Shown here: in pieces, positions 37,576 to 37,629 of the stretch
Layout of the letters: the number at the start of each line of letters is the position of its first letter
How positions within the stretch are numbered: position 1 is the first letter of the stretch
DNA from: an uncultured bacterium
Lineage (GTDB): Bacteria; Hinthialibacterota; Hinthialibacteria; Hinthialibacterales; Hinthialibacteraceae
Assembly (NCBI GenBank): GCA_964449065.1
Contig: CAYVAZ010000007.1
Location: forward strand, 1-37,629
Length of the DNA stretch: 37,629 nt
Direction: 5' to 3'
Program-made: the position numbers and the translations under genes
Notes under the pieces: model-generated
Database searches by the model: none
What the model was told of the DNA's origin: nothing
The model's input: the letters and a program-made list of their open reading frames with translations, nothing else

Positions 37576-37629
37576 TTTACAAAGACAAAGTTTCATTTAC
37601 AATACCTGCTTTGATCTACAGAAGGAGTG
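37576..37629 (+). promoter_or_regulatory. Possible promoter and RBS of the next gene beyond the window
   Basis: TTTACA-16-TACAAT (37576-37603) and AAGGAG at 37622-37627. Confidence 0.35.

Overview
A 37.6-kb bacterial chromosomal window from a diderm, rod-shaped organism (lptFG, mreBCD-mrdA-rodA). The prepilin-like protein, sulfatase, DUF1080 protein, PQQ-propeller proteins and a Pro/Thr-linker secreted protease resemble PVC-adjacent candidate phyla such as OLB16/Hinthialibacterota; this lineage guess is inference only. From left to right: a hicAB toxin-antitoxin pair; a four-gene bacterial microcompartment (BMC) operon (BMC-H, PduL, flavoprotein-like, acylating aldehyde dehydrogenase, all three enzymes with encapsulation peptides, no signature enzyme or pentamer); a methyltransferase; an exported glutathione peroxidase; an XPB-type helicase-associated protein; a GT2; a pilin-like protein; lptFG; a Tat-exported sulfatase between shuffled repeat modules; a divergent multiheme cytochrome cluster; cysS, DUF1080, purL, rodA-mrdA-mreDCB; LamG and two PQQ-propeller proteins; and a matrixin-like protease. 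The most interesting element is the cytochrome cluster: an ImcH-like 7-heme inner-membrane quinol oxidase is encoded back-to-back with a periplasmic tetraheme cytochrome, an outer-membrane beta-barrel and an 11-heme lipoprotein. Together they look like a complete quinone-to-surface electron conduit in one locus, and one heme site in the lipoprotein appears to have been lost together with its ligand. I saw no tRNA, rRNA, CRISPR array or transposase. All calls come from reading motifs by eye; no database searches were run.
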